Assembly (NCBI GenBank): GCA_963664875.1
Contig: OY761611.1
Location: 1,536,001-1,600,000, forward strand
Length of the DNA stretch: 64,000 nucleotides
Source of the DNA: Candidatus Kapaibacterium sp.
GTDB taxonomy: Bacteria; Bacteroidota; Ignavibacteria; Kapaibacteriales; UBA2268
Reading direction: 5' to 3'
Of this stretch, positions 1-11,005 are shown one piece after another. Every line of letters begins with the position of its first letter. The stretch's first letter is position 1. The position numbers were made by a program, and so were the translations under genes. The notes beneath the pieces are model-generated. The model was not told the DNA's origin, ran no database searches, and was given only the letters and a program-made list of their open reading frames with translations.

Positions 1-814
1 TAGGAATTGCCGGCAGAGGAGCTTTTTCCTGTGCAGTTATTTTATCTAATGCAACAGGCAAGTGATAGCTTAAAGCAAGATTAGCTGCTACTCGATTTAT
101 TTTCCAATCATCAGAACTAATAATTTTAGTTAAGCCAATGTTGTAAGAAACTTCCGGCACTAAAAACAAATCATTTGCAATTTTTTGCTCATATCTCAAA
201 CCCAATTTAATAGCTGCATATAAACCGGAGGCATCAGGAATATCTGCATTTATCGGATTAAAATATTTCGTTTTATCCAAGAATGTAACGTCTGAGGGAC
301 TAACAATTTCCTCTTTTGACTCAAAACTTTTGCTCAACGGGATACCTATCCCAAGACCTGTAATAACAGATAAAGGGAAATCCTCAAACAAATATGTAGC
401 AATTGAATGTTCCGTCAAAAGTACAGAATAATTTGGTTTAAGACTATTAGCCACGATTACTAATCTAACGTCATCATCTGTTATAGAGTATGCCAAAGGT
501 GCTTCTTTAGAGAACTCTCCTGACATATTACTAACCCCAAGCGAGAAAACATACCTGATTTCTTTGCCGAATAGAACACTTCCTAATCTGTATTCTCCGC
601 CGACAAAGGCAGACCATGAAGTGCCGGAACCACTCCCGTAATCTACATTACCATCGTGGTACAATGGAAAACCGTAAAAATTCTTAGGTGTATAGGAATT
701 AAAATTGACTCCGCCTCCCCCAAAGATTATATAATTGGTGTATTCTTTAGAGTGAGCCTTTGTTGCAAAAATCGCTGCAATCAATATAAATAACAAAACA
801 TTTCTAATATTCAT
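1..814 (-). CDS. Outer-membrane beta-barrel protein, 5' part (runs off the window edge)
   Basis: Manual translation from ATG at 814: MNIRNVLLFILIAAIFATKAHSKEY..., a signal peptide followed by amphipathic beta-strands (AFVGGEYRL, IKLGLRYEQ, LVPEVSYNIGL, NLALSYHL). No stop before position 1. Starts 21 bp after the upstream gene's stop. Confidence 0.7.
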   Translation of the reverse strand, partial: MNIRNVLLFILIAAIFATKAHSKEYTNYIIFGGGGVNFNSYTPKNFYGFPLYHDGNVDYGSGSGTSWSAFVGGEYRLGSVLFGKEIRYVFSLGVSNMSGEFSKEAPLAYSITDDDVRLVIVANSLKPNYSVLLTEHSIATYLFEDFPLSVITGLGIGIPLSKSFESKEEIVSPSDVTFLDKTKYFNPINADIPDASGLYAAIKLGLRYEQKIANDLFLVPEVSYNIGLTKIISSDDWKINRVAANLALSYHLPVALDKITAQEKAPLPAIP

Positions 815-835
815 CTATCTTGATTCCCAATCGTA

Positions 836-3800
836 TTATCTGATTATAACTAACTGTTTGGTTGAGACATATTCCGAAGATTTGACTGCAATTGTATAAT
901 TGCCCTGTGGCAGCTTAGAGCAGTCAAGCTGTAAGGAATGCTCTATACCGCTACTATAGCTTTCTCTTGATTTTCTATAGACTTCCTGTCCCAAATTATC
1001 CAGAATTACTATTTCCAAATTCATATCTTTCAGTGTCTCAAAAGTCAAAGCTACACTATTCACTGCCGGGTTCGGAGTAACCGAATTAATGAAGACCGGA
1101 TTGTCAGGCGTTAGTAGCCTTCTGTCTCCCACACCAATTATAGTCAATTTGCCGGAAGAAAATGTACCTTGCGTATTGACTCCCCACTGTGGCAGACCCT
1201 CAGAATAATCAATATTAGTTTCAATCACATCAGCCAAGCCGGGGTAGCCGGTTATAGTAGCAGCAATGCCCCTTGTTGTGTCGAAATCGCCTTTGACCTG
1301 AAGCTTTATATAGCGGTAGTAGTCGTCAGTTCTTTCATCCAAAATAGATACCTCACCAAAATCAGAGCTTATACTTTCCGGTTTGAAAAGTCGTTTGTAT
1401 AGTTTTATCTCAGTAATAAAATCTCTTACACCTTTGTAAGGTACATTTTGCGAGAACTTATATATTAGTGGAATGGAAACCATATCCAACGGTTTTGTCT
1501 CTATATTTGGAATGCTTAATTCAAAATCTGAACTATACTGTACCAAATCAATACCACCTTTTACCAAACAAGGCTCGACTTCCCAGTTCAATCTTGCATT
1601 GTTCCTGTATTGACCATTCCATTTTATCGAAATTGTTTTGGTTTCACCCGGCATTATCGTAATTGGCATCTGAGAAACTACTACATAGGAATCTTCGGGA
1701 GACACCTTACTACCTGTAAACACAATAGGAGTGCTTCCTGTATTTGTAATAAGTAATTCTCTAATTGGAATCTCTTCGATAAACGGCAAAATATCATGTG
1801 AATATTGAACAAACGCACCTATTCCTGTTCCCTGTACTCCCAGAGGTATATAGTATGGAGCTCTGTCTGAGTGAAATATTCTTATGCTATCCGTATTTAG
1901 TCCAATATCTAACGGAGCGAATGCTATATCTATTGTCAAAGACTGACCCGGATTGAGTATAGTATCCTTGATAGTGGTCAATATTTTAAAGGAGGTCGGA
2001 TAATTTCTTATACTTAAACTATTTATCGTTATAGGTAAAGGATCAAGATTGGTAAATAGTTTTACTCTTTTTACTAAAGTGTCACCAAGACAGACTTCAT
2101 CCACAAAATCCAGTGGAGAGTTCTCGAAGCCTAAATGTCTGTTTTGTACTTCCACTTCAAACGGAATTTTGACAAAACTATAGCAATTTTCTACAATGAG
2201 TGTATCTCTTATCAATCCAACGTCTTGAGGTTTCACAGTTATAGAGTATGTAAAGTTTTCTCCGGGAAGTAAAGTATCACCTCCGAAATAAGTATCCAAT
2301 TTAAAGTGAATACCTTTTTTGAAATAAGTAGCACCTGTGAAAAATTTAGTTTCTCCAATATTTTCTAAATCATCATAAGTATAGCTTCTTTCTTCCATCA
2401 GCAAATGCATAGGAAGCACTTTTACATCATCACCTGCTACTTCCGGCATTCTAACTGAAAATGTCTCGTCGGAGTCGTCCCATTCCGGATAAACAAAGTT
2501 AATTACATCAACAAACGGGAAACCAACCATACAGGAGGCAACTGAAAATCCATCAGGAGCGTACTGACAATCGAACATATCACTCCCACCGATGGAAATG
2601 GAACTTTGTATAGTTCCATTTTTCTTCAAATCTAAAAATGATACTTGAGGAACACCTGAAGCTGCAATAGCAACAGTTGTTGAAAAAGGATTGAATTGTA
2701 TTTCCTGAATAGCTGAATAATTGTGGTCAGTAAATGATATAATTTTTTCAGTTTCAAATTCCATAAGGTTATTATAAAAAGCTCCCTCATCTTCATCAGC
2801 TTTACGAACAGCTTCGATTACATATTTTCCGTTAGGGCTTATATTTACATTCTCAATAACCGGCTTTCCTTCACTGCTAACAGTTTTAATAATACTAAAA
2901 TCCGGCAATGTGTATTTTATTATCTCATTATTCAAGTTAGTAACTATTGCAACCGGCTCTTTACGGCTAAGTTCCATGGAAGTGATTGGATGATCTAAAT
3001 CCAATTCTTTCAATAGAACTCCTGTTTCAAAGTCATACACTAAAACTTTAGAGGAGTAGTAGGACATAAAAACTAAATATTTAGAAGAATAATCTTTGAA
3101 CATTTCAGTGGCGTTGAATTTCTTGCCAACTGCAATTGTATAATCGGGTATAGATTTTCCTAATGTATATTTACGGAAAAAGGAATAGCTTCCGCCCTCC
3201 ATATTATTAGCATCGTTATATCCAATAACATAGCTATCATTTGCATCAGAAAAACCAGCTCCCAAAATATTAAAACGATATGACAGATCGCCTTCTTCAC
3301 CCAATAGCACAGAGTCTTTCAATTCATTCTTGACCAAATCGTAAACCAATATCTTTCCGGCTTTTGCTGCGGCAAGCAGCTGCGTTGCTTTATTGTCATA
3401 ACAGAGTGTAAAATTCTTATATGGAAAAGTATGAAACCTTAACATAGGCTCTTCTCTGAATTCTTGCTCGACTTTGATTCTCATATCTTCTGAAACTACC
3501 TGCGGTACTTTCCAAACAAAAACGCTATCCTTGACCGAGCTGATTACATTCCAGTTATTACCGTTATCGCTGGAATACGAAATAATAACAGGGATATGTT
3601 TGATATGTCCTGTCCATTTTATAATCACATCTTCGCAAGGAGTGAAGATCTGCCCTCCGTTAGGTGCTAAAAGTTTTAAAGACTGCTCAGCATCTAATGC
3701 CGGTTTATTTGCTATAATCATGTGACGTCTTTTGATGCCGGGTTCGTAGTCAAAGACAAGTTCTGTTTGATATACTTCTTCACTGGTAGGAGTGAATTCA

Positions 3801-4459
3801 ATTCTGAAAAAGTATCTTAGGTCAATCAATTTGTTAGGTAAAGGATTTTGATCAATTGTGGCACCTAACCATTCAACCTTAAAATGCTCGTTATCAATTG
3901 TTACCGAGTTCATGCTAAAGGGTTTACTAACTCGGTTTAGAGTGTCAAAAGGAGTTCTTACATCAATAAAGTAATAGTAAATATACTTGTTATTGGGCTT
4001 TAGCACCCCCAGATTTATTGGCCCGTTTATAGCTCCTCCGACGGGTTTGCCCAAGCCAAAATCATAAGCAACAAACACAAACGACCCTACGCCCGGAGGG
4101 TAATAACCACCGGTAATTCCTTTAGTTTCAGAGTTATAGTTTAAATAAATTGATGCCGTTTCAATTTGGCGAAAAGAAATTTTTGAAGTTTTCCAGGTAA
4201 CTTTATAATAATCATTTTCGACTTTAACTGCAGATATAGGACGAGTTGAGTATTTGTTTTCAGTAATATAAATATCGTCTTTAGTGAAGTCAATGATTTT
4301 GCCGGTATCGTATGCTTTTAGTTTGGCTGAAATATACGGGAAACCGGTAGTATCAATAGAAACACCTAAATCATCCGTATATATTTGAAGGAATAAATCA
4401 GCTTTTACAATGCTAACTCCGCATACCATAAGAAAAAGTATAATAACAAATCTATTCAT
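836..4459 (-). CDS. T9SS-secreted protein with WD40-like beta-propeller, ASH/choice-of-anchor D Ig-like repeats, cohesin-like domain and T9SS C-terminal domain
   Basis: Signal peptide MNRFVIILFLMVCGVSIVKA (ATG 4459), LLAPNGGQ..W Ig-like motif, propeller repeats (NISPNGKY, QFNPFS, QYAPDG), LxPGE/Q motifs, C-terminal VTPNPAV...LDNLGQEV...LPQGNY...KQLVIIR. Confidence 0.8.
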   Translation of the reverse strand: MNRFVIILFLMVCGVSIVKADLFLQIYTDDLGVSIDTTGFPYISAKLKAYDTGKIIDFTKDDIYITENKYSTRPISAVKVENDYYKVTWKTSKISFRQIETASIYLNYNSETKGITGGYYPPGVGSFVFVAYDFGLGKPVGGAINGPINLGVLKPNNKYIYYYFIDVRTPFDTLNRVSKPFSMNSVTIDNEHFKVEWLGATIDQNPLPNKLIDLRYFFRIEFTPTSEEVYQTELVFDYEPGIKRRHMIIANKPALDAEQSLKLLAPNGGQIFTPCEDVIIKWTGHIKHIPVIISYSSDNGNNWNVISSVKDSVFVWKVPQVVSEDMRIKVEQEFREEPMLRFHTFPYKNFTLCYDNKATQLLAAAKAGKILVYDLVKNELKDSVLLGEEGDLSYRFNILGAGFSDANDSYVIGYNDANNMEGGSYSFFRKYTLGKSIPDYTIAVGKKFNATEMFKDYSSKYLVFMSYYSSKVLVYDFETGVLLKELDLDHPITSMELSRKEPVAIVTNLNNEIIKYTLPDFSIIKTVSSEGKPVIENVNISPNGKYVIEAVRKADEDEGAFYNNLMEFETEKIISFTDHNYSAIQEIQFNPFSTTVAIAASGVPQVSFLDLKKNGTIQSSISIGGSDMFDCQYAPDGFSVASCMVGFPFVDVINFVYPEWDDSDETFSVRMPEVAGDDVKVLPMHLLMEERSYTYDDLENIGETKFFTGATYFKKGIHFKLDTYFGGDTLLPGENFTYSITVKPQDVGLIRDTLIVENCYSFVKIPFEVEVQNRHLGFENSPLDFVDEVCLGDTLVKRVKLFTNLDPLPITINSLSIRNYPTSFKILTTIKDTILNPGQSLTIDIAFAPLDIGLNTDSIRIFHSDRAPYYIPLGVQGTGIGAFVQYSHDILPFIEEIPIRELLITNTGSTPIVFTGSKVSPEDSYVVVSQMPITIMPGETKTISIKWNGQYRNNARLNWEVEPCLVKGGIDLVQYSSDFELSIPNIETKPLDMVSIPLIYKFSQNVPYKGVRDFITEIKLYKRLFKPESISSDFGEVSILDERTDDYYRYIKLQVKGDFDTTRGIAATITGYPGLADVIETNIDYSEGLPQWGVNTQGTFSSGKLTIIGVGDRRLLTPDNPVFINSVTPNPAVNSVALTFETLKDMNLEIVILDNLGQEVYRKSRESYSSGIEHSLQLDCSKLPQGNYTIAVKSSEYVSTKQLVIIR

Positions 4460-4734
4460 CAGAAAACCCCTTTTTACATCTTCATTCTCATATACAAACA
4501 CTTCAAACTATATAAAGGTTACAAACTAAAAACCTGAATACTTACATTTTTAGCACTTTTTTACCATTAGCTTAGATACCCACATGACACCAATTGGTTT
4601 AAGGTAAGTGCAAATAATAATCTGCAAGTTAAGGATATTAATTTTAATAATATGAGGAATGATATTATGCAGTCTATTGAATTCCAAACATTGCACTTGA
4701 AATCCGAAATTGAGCGTTCCACATTAACTTTATT

Positions 4735-6810
4735 CTATAGCTCTTCCAATGCAGGTAAAGTTATAATTACCTCAGTACCTTTGTCTTCCTCGCTTAGCAG
4801 CTCGATGCTACCATCATTTAAGGTTAAAAGTTCTTTGCATATTGAAAGACCTAGCCCTGTGCCATATTCGCCGTTGGTGCCTCGGGTAGAAACCCTTGTT
4901 TCTATGTCGAAGAGTTTTTCTTTGATTTCTGTGGTAATACCTATTCCGTTATCAGAAATTCGGACTTTAATCTTGCCATTCTCTTCAGTGCAACTAATAT
5001 CTATCACGCCTTCAATGTTTGAGTATTTGACTGCATTTGATAATATATTTTTGAATACTGTATCTATCATTGCTTTATCTGCATGTATAGCCTGCTCTTC
5101 GCAACCTCGCATTAAACGAATACGTTTTTTGACTATCACCTGATCAAATGCTTTTAGATTTCTGTCTATTATCTCATCTAACTGAAAATACTCTTTATTT
5201 ACGCTTACGTACTCATTTTGCGTACGTAGCCATTCCATCAAATTTACCAACATATTTCTTAAATGTACCGATGCAGTAAACACTATCTCGGAAAACTTGT
5301 CAGTAAACTCTTTTGGCTTGTTTTTCCCATAATGAAGTGCCTCTGCTGACATCAATACTGCCTGCACTTGATTGGTGAGCTGATGAGTAAAAACCGACAT
5401 GAATGTATCTTTCTGGCGGTTTGATCGCTCCAATACTTCCTTATTGGATTTCAAATCCTCTAATATGGATTCAATTTGATATTTTTGAATATTCATCTGC
5501 CTATTATTTTCTTCTAATAAGGTATTTTTCGACGCAATATCATTGTTTTGAGACTCAAGCTTTTTGATAAGCTTGCGATTCCAAATAAAGGAAACTGCTA
5601 GAATGAGAGTAATCAAAACAACCAATATATTCAATATTAAATAAAAGTAACTTTTATTTTTCTCCTTTTCAATCTGCAAATTCTGCAATGCAATTTTATC
5701 CTGATAGTTTTTTTGTTCAATTGTAGCCTTTAAAACTGCAATTTCTTTTTGAGTTTCCATATAACCAAGAGAGTCTTTTAAGTCATATAAAAGTCTTAAT
5801 GCTTTATTTGTTTTTTTGTATTCTCCAATAGATTCATAAAATTTTATCATCTGCAATGCAGTATGCTCTCTTATTTCTAACAAGTTATAAATTGTTGCGG
5901 TATCCAGAATTGAATTCAACATATTTTCTACGATATGCTGAGGATGATTCTTAAAAGAGTACAATGTAAATCGATTTAAGTAAGCAATAAGACGATGCTT
6001 TACTTGATTGTTTTTATAAGATTCTTGAATTGCTTTTTCATAGTACACATTGGCAGAATCTAAAAAACCCAATTTTTGGAGTACTAGGGCATAATTGATA
6101 TAGTCAGTGGTAAGTTCATTTTCGTCTCTGTTTTCGAACTCTGCAATATTGTGTTGCATCATGAGCCTTGCGGTATCCAACTCCCCCGACAATACATGAC
6201 TGTATGCAAGATTAGATAGCCCTGCTTTGTACAAATCTTTATTATTTAGTGCTTTTGCATCTTTAACTACTTTGTAAAACAAGTCTTTGGCCATAGGAAT
6301 GTCTTTAATCGATATTGCAATATTTCCAATACTATTATTCAACATTGTAACCAGATTTTTATCCTTCACTAAATCAGATAATTCACTTGCCCTATTTAGA
6401 TAATCCATTGCAATATCGTATTTCCCAAACTTGCCAAAGACTACTCCAAGTTGATTTAATATTTCAAAATACAAATCAATATTTTTGTTTTTATCGATTT
6501 CTCTTAGCAAAGTTACAAGTACAGTATTAGCTGAATCTAATTTATTATTGTTATGGTACCAGATTCCTAAGGCTGTTTTTGAAGCAGTCAGAAGAGAGTC
6601 ATTTCCTAATGATTTTGAAATATTTATTGCCCTTTCAGCATATTCTCTTGACTTCCCAACATCTTTGACATAAAATGCTTTTGATAGCTTAATATATGCA
6701 CTTACTTGTCTTTCTTTTTTTGGATGTCTCGATTCTTTCAACAAGGAATCTACTTCATCGCACCACAAAGTAACAGGAAGGAATAGCAATATGGCAAAGA
6801 TTAATCTCAT
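4735..6810 (-). CDS. TPR-repeat membrane sensor histidine kinase
   Basis: Signal peptide, TPR-like helices, one TM segment, coiled coil, H-box (FTHQLTNQ), N-box NILSNAVKYS, DNGIGI, GTGLGL. Confidence 0.9.
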   Translation of the reverse strand: MRLIFAILLFLPVTLWCDEVDSLLKESRHPKKERQVSAYIKLSKAFYVKDVGKSREYAERAINISKSLGNDSLLTASKTALGIWYHNNNKLDSANTVLVTLLREIDKNKNIDLYFEILNQLGVVFGKFGKYDIAMDYLNRASELSDLVKDKNLVTMLNNSIGNIAISIKDIPMAKDLFYKVVKDAKALNNKDLYKAGLSNLAYSHVLSGELDTARLMMQHNIAEFENRDENELTTDYINYALVLQKLGFLDSANVYYEKAIQESYKNNQVKHRLIAYLNRFTLYSFKNHPQHIVENMLNSILDTATIYNLLEIREHTALQMIKFYESIGEYKKTNKALRLLYDLKDSLGYMETQKEIAVLKATIEQKNYQDKIALQNLQIEKEKNKSYFYLILNILVVLITLILAVSFIWNRKLIKKLESQNNDIASKNTLLEENNRQMNIQKYQIESILEDLKSNKEVLERSNRQKDTFMSVFTHQLTNQVQAVLMSAEALHYGKNKPKEFTDKFSEIVFTASVHLRNMLVNLMEWLRTQNEYVSVNKEYFQLDEIIDRNLKAFDQVIVKKRIRLMRGCEEQAIHADKAMIDTVFKNILSNAVKYSNIEGVIDISCTEENGKIKVRISDNGIGITTEIKEKLFDIETRVSTRGTNGEYGTGLGLSICKELLTLNDGSIELLSEEDKGTEVIITLPALEEL

Positions 6811-8006
6811 AATACAAAACTGCTGTATATTTGTTTTACAGATGTTTTACCGAATTTTCTATCCTTGTATTGCTCTTTTAACTTCACGCAGGCACTTATA
6901 AGCTCTTCTGTAGAAATTCCGGCTTTGATAGAATTATATGCTTCGAGGAATGCAGCTAAATGATCTGCAGCTCTTATTAGCTTACCGTCTATAGGATTAA
7001 AGTCGTTTGTGTTGTAATTATCGTTTATCTCCTGCACTTTCAATCCTGTTTTTATTTCTCCCTCTATTATCACTTTATTGCTAAATTCATCGTGTGTAAA
7101 GTACTCTATTTCCTTTATCCAATCCGGCTCTATCAATGGATAAATTTCTTTTTCAGCTAATTCTTTTTCTAATTTGGAGATTAGTTCATCCAACTCTGTA
7201 GAGGAACGCTTCACAGGAGAAATAATGTCTCTTGTTACTGCTTCCGGCAAATCATGAAACAAACCACCAAAAAAATCATTATATAGTCTGCGTTCGCAGG
7301 CATCATTCTCTCTTGCAAAAAAGTAAGCAATGGAAGCAACAAGTAAAGAATGCCCCAATACGGCGGTAGTAGGTGTCCTCGGTATCTGAGCCCAACGATA
7401 TTGGAAACGCATTTGCCCGGTCATGTCCAAAAAGCTGTCAATAGGCTCTCTATTTCTTGCTTTTTTAATTCCGATAAGGTCTCTATAAGTATCCACCCGA
7501 TTAGAAAGATCTGTTTCTAATATAGACCTTTGATAAGCAAACGGGTTGGACTGCTTAATTATCTGAAATTCCCAATACGTAGCATATATATGAGAGGCTT
7601 CCAAGATTCTTTGATAAAGTTTATCTCCCCAGTTTTCATCAAAAAGGAAGTCATGTATCTCTGACATTATTTCTTCCGATTCTATTTTAGAATCCAACTC
7701 ACGGAAAACAAATTCATTCAATTTTGCAAATACAGTTTTATCTTTCTTTATTTCAGCATAAATAGGTGACTTGATGTCAGAGATGATTATCCTACGAAGT
7801 AGCTCATAAATGCCTCCCTTTATGAGTTCATGCCATTCGATTTCTTTCCCGTCTGCTTCCTCATATTTAGCAAGGCAGTATGCTGTTATCATCTTGTGAG
7901 CGTGCTTATCCATTTCTATCAATTCTACAGGTCTGAGCCTGTCGTTCCAGCGTTGCATGTGAAAAGCACGAAAAATTTCATTCACTAAGGACTGTGTAAC
8001 TATCAT
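6807..8006 (-). CDS. Tandem HD-domain (YfbR-like) phosphohydrolase
   Basis: Two YfbR-like halves (MQRWND...DIKSP and FQYRWAQ...GHSL...FHDLPE...DIISPVK...ADHLAAFLEA). Overlaps the kinase start by 4 bp. Confidence 0.8.
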   Translation of the reverse strand: MIVTQSLVNEIFRAFHMQRWNDRLRPVELIEMDKHAHKMITAYCLAKYEEADGKEIEWHELIKGGIYELLRRIIISDIKSPIYAEIKKDKTVFAKLNEFVFRELDSKIESEEIMSEIHDFLFDENWGDKLYQRILEASHIYATYWEFQIIKQSNPFAYQRSILETDLSNRVDTYRDLIGIKKARNREPIDSFLDMTGQMRFQYRWAQIPRTPTTAVLGHSLLVASIAYFFARENDACERRLYNDFFGGLFHDLPEAVTRDIISPVKRSSTELDELISKLEKELAEKEIYPLIEPDWIKEIEYFTHDEFSNKVIIEGEIKTGLKVQEINDNYNTNDFNPIDGKLIRAADHLAAFLEAYNSIKAGISTEELISACVKLKEQYKDRKFGKTSVKQIYSSFVL

Positions 8007-8236
8007 AAGTATATTTTATTAAAAGTTAATACGTAACTATGCAATATAAAAAATTATAAACGATTATACCGCTCGGATAGCTTTAGATTTTTCCCTTTTT
8101 CAAATTTAGCTGTGTCGATTTTTCTCATTTTATTATATTTGTAGTCCTAAAGATTGGAATCTATATATTTACTATTCTGAATATTCAAATTCTCAGTCAG
8201 GTTCTCCTTTTTTTTAGAACTTTTCACCTTGCAAAT

Positions 8237-8908
8237 ATGATAATCGACTTTGACAAATACCCTTATCCTAAGATGAGACATCACGTTTCTGCTAACAGTT
8301 ATTTCAAAATAACAGAGCTAAACGAGCTTCCACAAAATTATCCGAATGTTTATACCTACATTGAATGGGTTGAAAAATTTTTGAATGGGAAAGCCCCTGA
8401 TATACTCGATATAGGTTGCGGTAAAGGAACCTTCCTACTTGATATGGCTGAAAGCTTACCTGAAAAAAACATTTTAGGAATTGAGATTCGCCAGCCTGCT
8501 GTGAAATGGGTCAATCAGGTTATCAGAGGTGAAAAAATTCAAAATGCCTCTGTTATTTGGTATAATGTTCTGAATGGAATGCCATTTATAGAAACAGAAT
8601 CTATTGAAAAAGTTTTTTATCTGTTTCCGGACCCTTGGAAAAAGAACAAACAACAAAAACGACGAGCTTTCACTCCTCTGATGTTAGATTTGGTTTACAG
8701 AGTTCTAAAAAATGACGGTATCTTCCATTTAGCCACTGATGTTGATTACGTAGATGCTTACCATAAAAAAATACTAACAGAGCATGGCAAATTTGAATTT
8801 GAAATCCTGGAAGACAGAAGTAAATGGCAGTACCCAACTACCAACAAAGAAAACTTCTGCTTTAGAAAAGACATCCCTGTATTTAGGCTATTGTGCAGAA
8901 AAAAGTAA
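8237..8908 (+). CDS. trmB: tRNA (guanine-N7)-methyltransferase
   Basis: DIGCGKG SAM motif, GIEIR, FPDPW, LATDV, TNKE motifs. Confidence 0.93.
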   Translation: MIIDFDKYPYPKMRHHVSANSYFKITELNELPQNYPNVYTYIEWVEKFLNGKAPDILDIGCGKGTFLLDMAESLPEKNILGIEIRQPAVKWVNQVIRGEKIQNASVIWYNVLNGMPFIETESIEKVFYLFPDPWKKNKQQKRRAFTPLMLDLVYRVLKNDGIFHLATDVDYVDAYHKKILTEHGKFEFEILEDRSKWQYPTTNKENFCFRKDIPVFRLLCRKK

Positions 8909-8962
8909 TTTGGATTTGTGAAATTGGGAAGCAAAACCTGAGGAGATGACACAATATCTCCT

Positions 8963-10753
8963 CTATCTCTTCTCGGCGAGCAATCTTGCTAGATAGTTTA
9001 AACCCAATCTGTTTTCGCCTTCCTGCAAAGTGATTTCACGTTTGGCAAAGCCATATTTTTTTATCAGATTAGCTTTCAACTTAGCGGCTTCTACATCTCT
9101 GCCACTCGGAAATATTATTACTAAATTGCCCGATAGAAACGAATTTTCTTTCAGTTTTTCGATGACTGCATCGTTGGCCGCACCTTCCGGATTGTCCATA
9201 TTCAAAAAATACTCTTCGTGCATTCTGCCCATAAAATCTACGGATGCACGATTACGAAGCTGTTTTTTATTTATAAGAAATGAATAAGTACTAGAACCAA
9301 CCAACCCTGATTTGTCTTCTCCCTGCAAACTAACTACAATCGAATCGGCATCCCATATTTCTTCTAATTGATTTGCAATTCGGTATGATAATTTTGAAGT
9401 TTGCCTACTGTCATTATAAATAGTATCTATAGTTCCGTTGATTTCAGTCATGACTTTCCATTTTGCAACTTCAGATTCGGGTCGTGCGTTCAGAAACAAC
9501 TCCAAGACTGGAGGGTCAGCAGTTATTTTCTTTTGCCCAATCTCAACTAAAGTTGCCGGCTTGTAGCTATCCAGAGATAATGTAATATTATCATCTACTG
9601 CGTCTGTGATATTTACCTTTATCGAAGATTTCAAATCACTTTCAATCTTTTTGATGAGTTTTTTAACGTCAGTGTCTCTATTGCATTTGATTGTAAGTTC
9701 GGAACCGGTAACACGTATTTCAGTCAATATCTCTTTATACGACGCATCTAAATATTGCTTTTGAGGAATATTTTTAATCTCATCGGAAAAATAACTTAAC
9801 GGAAACTTATCAGTAGCCGCACATATAGCAAAATCTTCCTTACTGAAAACTTCAATATCCGAAACAAGTGCAGATATTCTATATTCGACTGTTGTAGTTT
9901 GTTGCTCTTTATTCTCGATGCTTTGACCTGCCAAAAACAAATCCAAACCGCCAAGAGTGCCGGGTCTGTCAGAAGAAAAAACAGCGAAACCGGAAGGAAT
10001 TATAGTAAAATCTGATTCATTAAATTCTGTATTTAGTCCACTTACCGGTCTTGGGACAGACCATTTTGCATCATACCGCAAAGACATAAACAAATCATAG
10101 CCACCCTGACCTGCGAGACCATCGGAAGCGAAATACAGAGTATCTGATGATGCTAAAAAAGGTGTAATTTCATTGCCCGAAGAATTTAACTCTTCGAGAG
10201 GCATTGCATTGCCCCATGTGTCATTTGCCTGTTTGAATGCAATCCATAAATCTGTATCGCCATCAGAGTCGGGTCTGTTACTAACAAACACAATAAAATT
10301 ACCATCCGGAGAGACTGTTGCCTGAGCGGTAAAACAGACTGAAGAAAGACTATCTAAAACTCCTGCATTTTGCCATTGTTGCTTTCGCTTCAATGATTTG
10401 AATAGATTGAGCACAGGATAAGTTGTAGTTTGCATAAAAGCAGATACATAGGCTTCGTCTTGTGAATAAAAGGTAATATATGCTTTGTTATCTAACTTTT
10501 GATTAAGCCAGCCATCAACAATATCTCTTTCTGTAAACAAAGAATCTTGCTGCCAAACCGTTGTATAAAATCGCGAGAAATTAGATAGAGCTGATGTAAA
10601 GTACATTTTGTTTTCGAATATATTATAGACTGCACCCAGTTCATTCTTCTCGGAATTTATCTCACTAAGATTTCGAACAACAGACCAGCTACCTGCAAAG
10701 CAAGCAATCGAAGAAACGAGAAACAGCAAAATATATAATAGAAGTCTTTTCAT
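8963..10753 (-). CDS. Secreted PD40 (TolB-like WD40) repeat protein
   Basis: Signal peptide MKRLLLYILLF (ATG 10753). PD40 repeats SPDGNFIVFVSNR, LYFASDGLAGQGGYDLF, FSSDRPGTLGGLDLF. Confidence 0.8.
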   Translation of the reverse strand: MKRLLLYILLFLVSSIACFAGSWSVVRNLSEINSEKNELGAVYNIFENKMYFTSALSNFSRFYTTVWQQDSLFTERDIVDGWLNQKLDNKAYITFYSQDEAYVSAFMQTTTYPVLNLFKSLKRKQQWQNAGVLDSLSSVCFTAQATVSPDGNFIVFVSNRPDSDGDTDLWIAFKQANDTWGNAMPLEELNSSGNEITPFLASSDTLYFASDGLAGQGGYDLFMSLRYDAKWSVPRPVSGLNTEFNESDFTIIPSGFAVFSSDRPGTLGGLDLFLAGQSIENKEQQTTTVEYRISALVSDIEVFSKEDFAICAATDKFPLSYFSDEIKNIPQKQYLDASYKEILTEIRVTGSELTIKCNRDTDVKKLIKKIESDLKSSIKVNITDAVDDNITLSLDSYKPATLVEIGQKKITADPPVLELFLNARPESEVAKWKVMTEINGTIDTIYNDSRQTSKLSYRIANQLEEIWDADSIVVSLQGEDKSGLVGSSTYSFLINKKQLRNRASVDFMGRMHEEYFLNMDNPEGAANDAVIEKLKENSFLSGNLVIIFPSGRDVEAAKLKANLIKKYGFAKREITLQEGENRLGLNYLARLLAEKR

Positions 10754-10975
10754 CAGTATAGCTGCATTTAGGTATAAATAATTTCTAACACTTAAAGCAT
10801 ATAATAAAACACGAACCGGAAAATAACTATTTTTTTGCACACTGGCAAAATCTCTTGAGCTTACATCGATATATTACTAAACATACATTTATAGACTCCT
10901 AAAAGAAAGTTGATACAAAAACGTTTAAAGTCATTATATCTCAAGTATATAAAATTTAGGCAGATAGAAATAAAT

Positions 10976-11005
10976 TTGCATTTATAAAAAGAATAATGTA
11001 ACTTG
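10976..11005 (+). promoter_or_regulatory. Putative sigma70 promoter of rho
   Basis: TTGCAT (10976-10981), 17 bp spacer, TAACTT(G) (10999-11005), about 170 bp upstream of the rho ATG. Confidence 0.5.
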
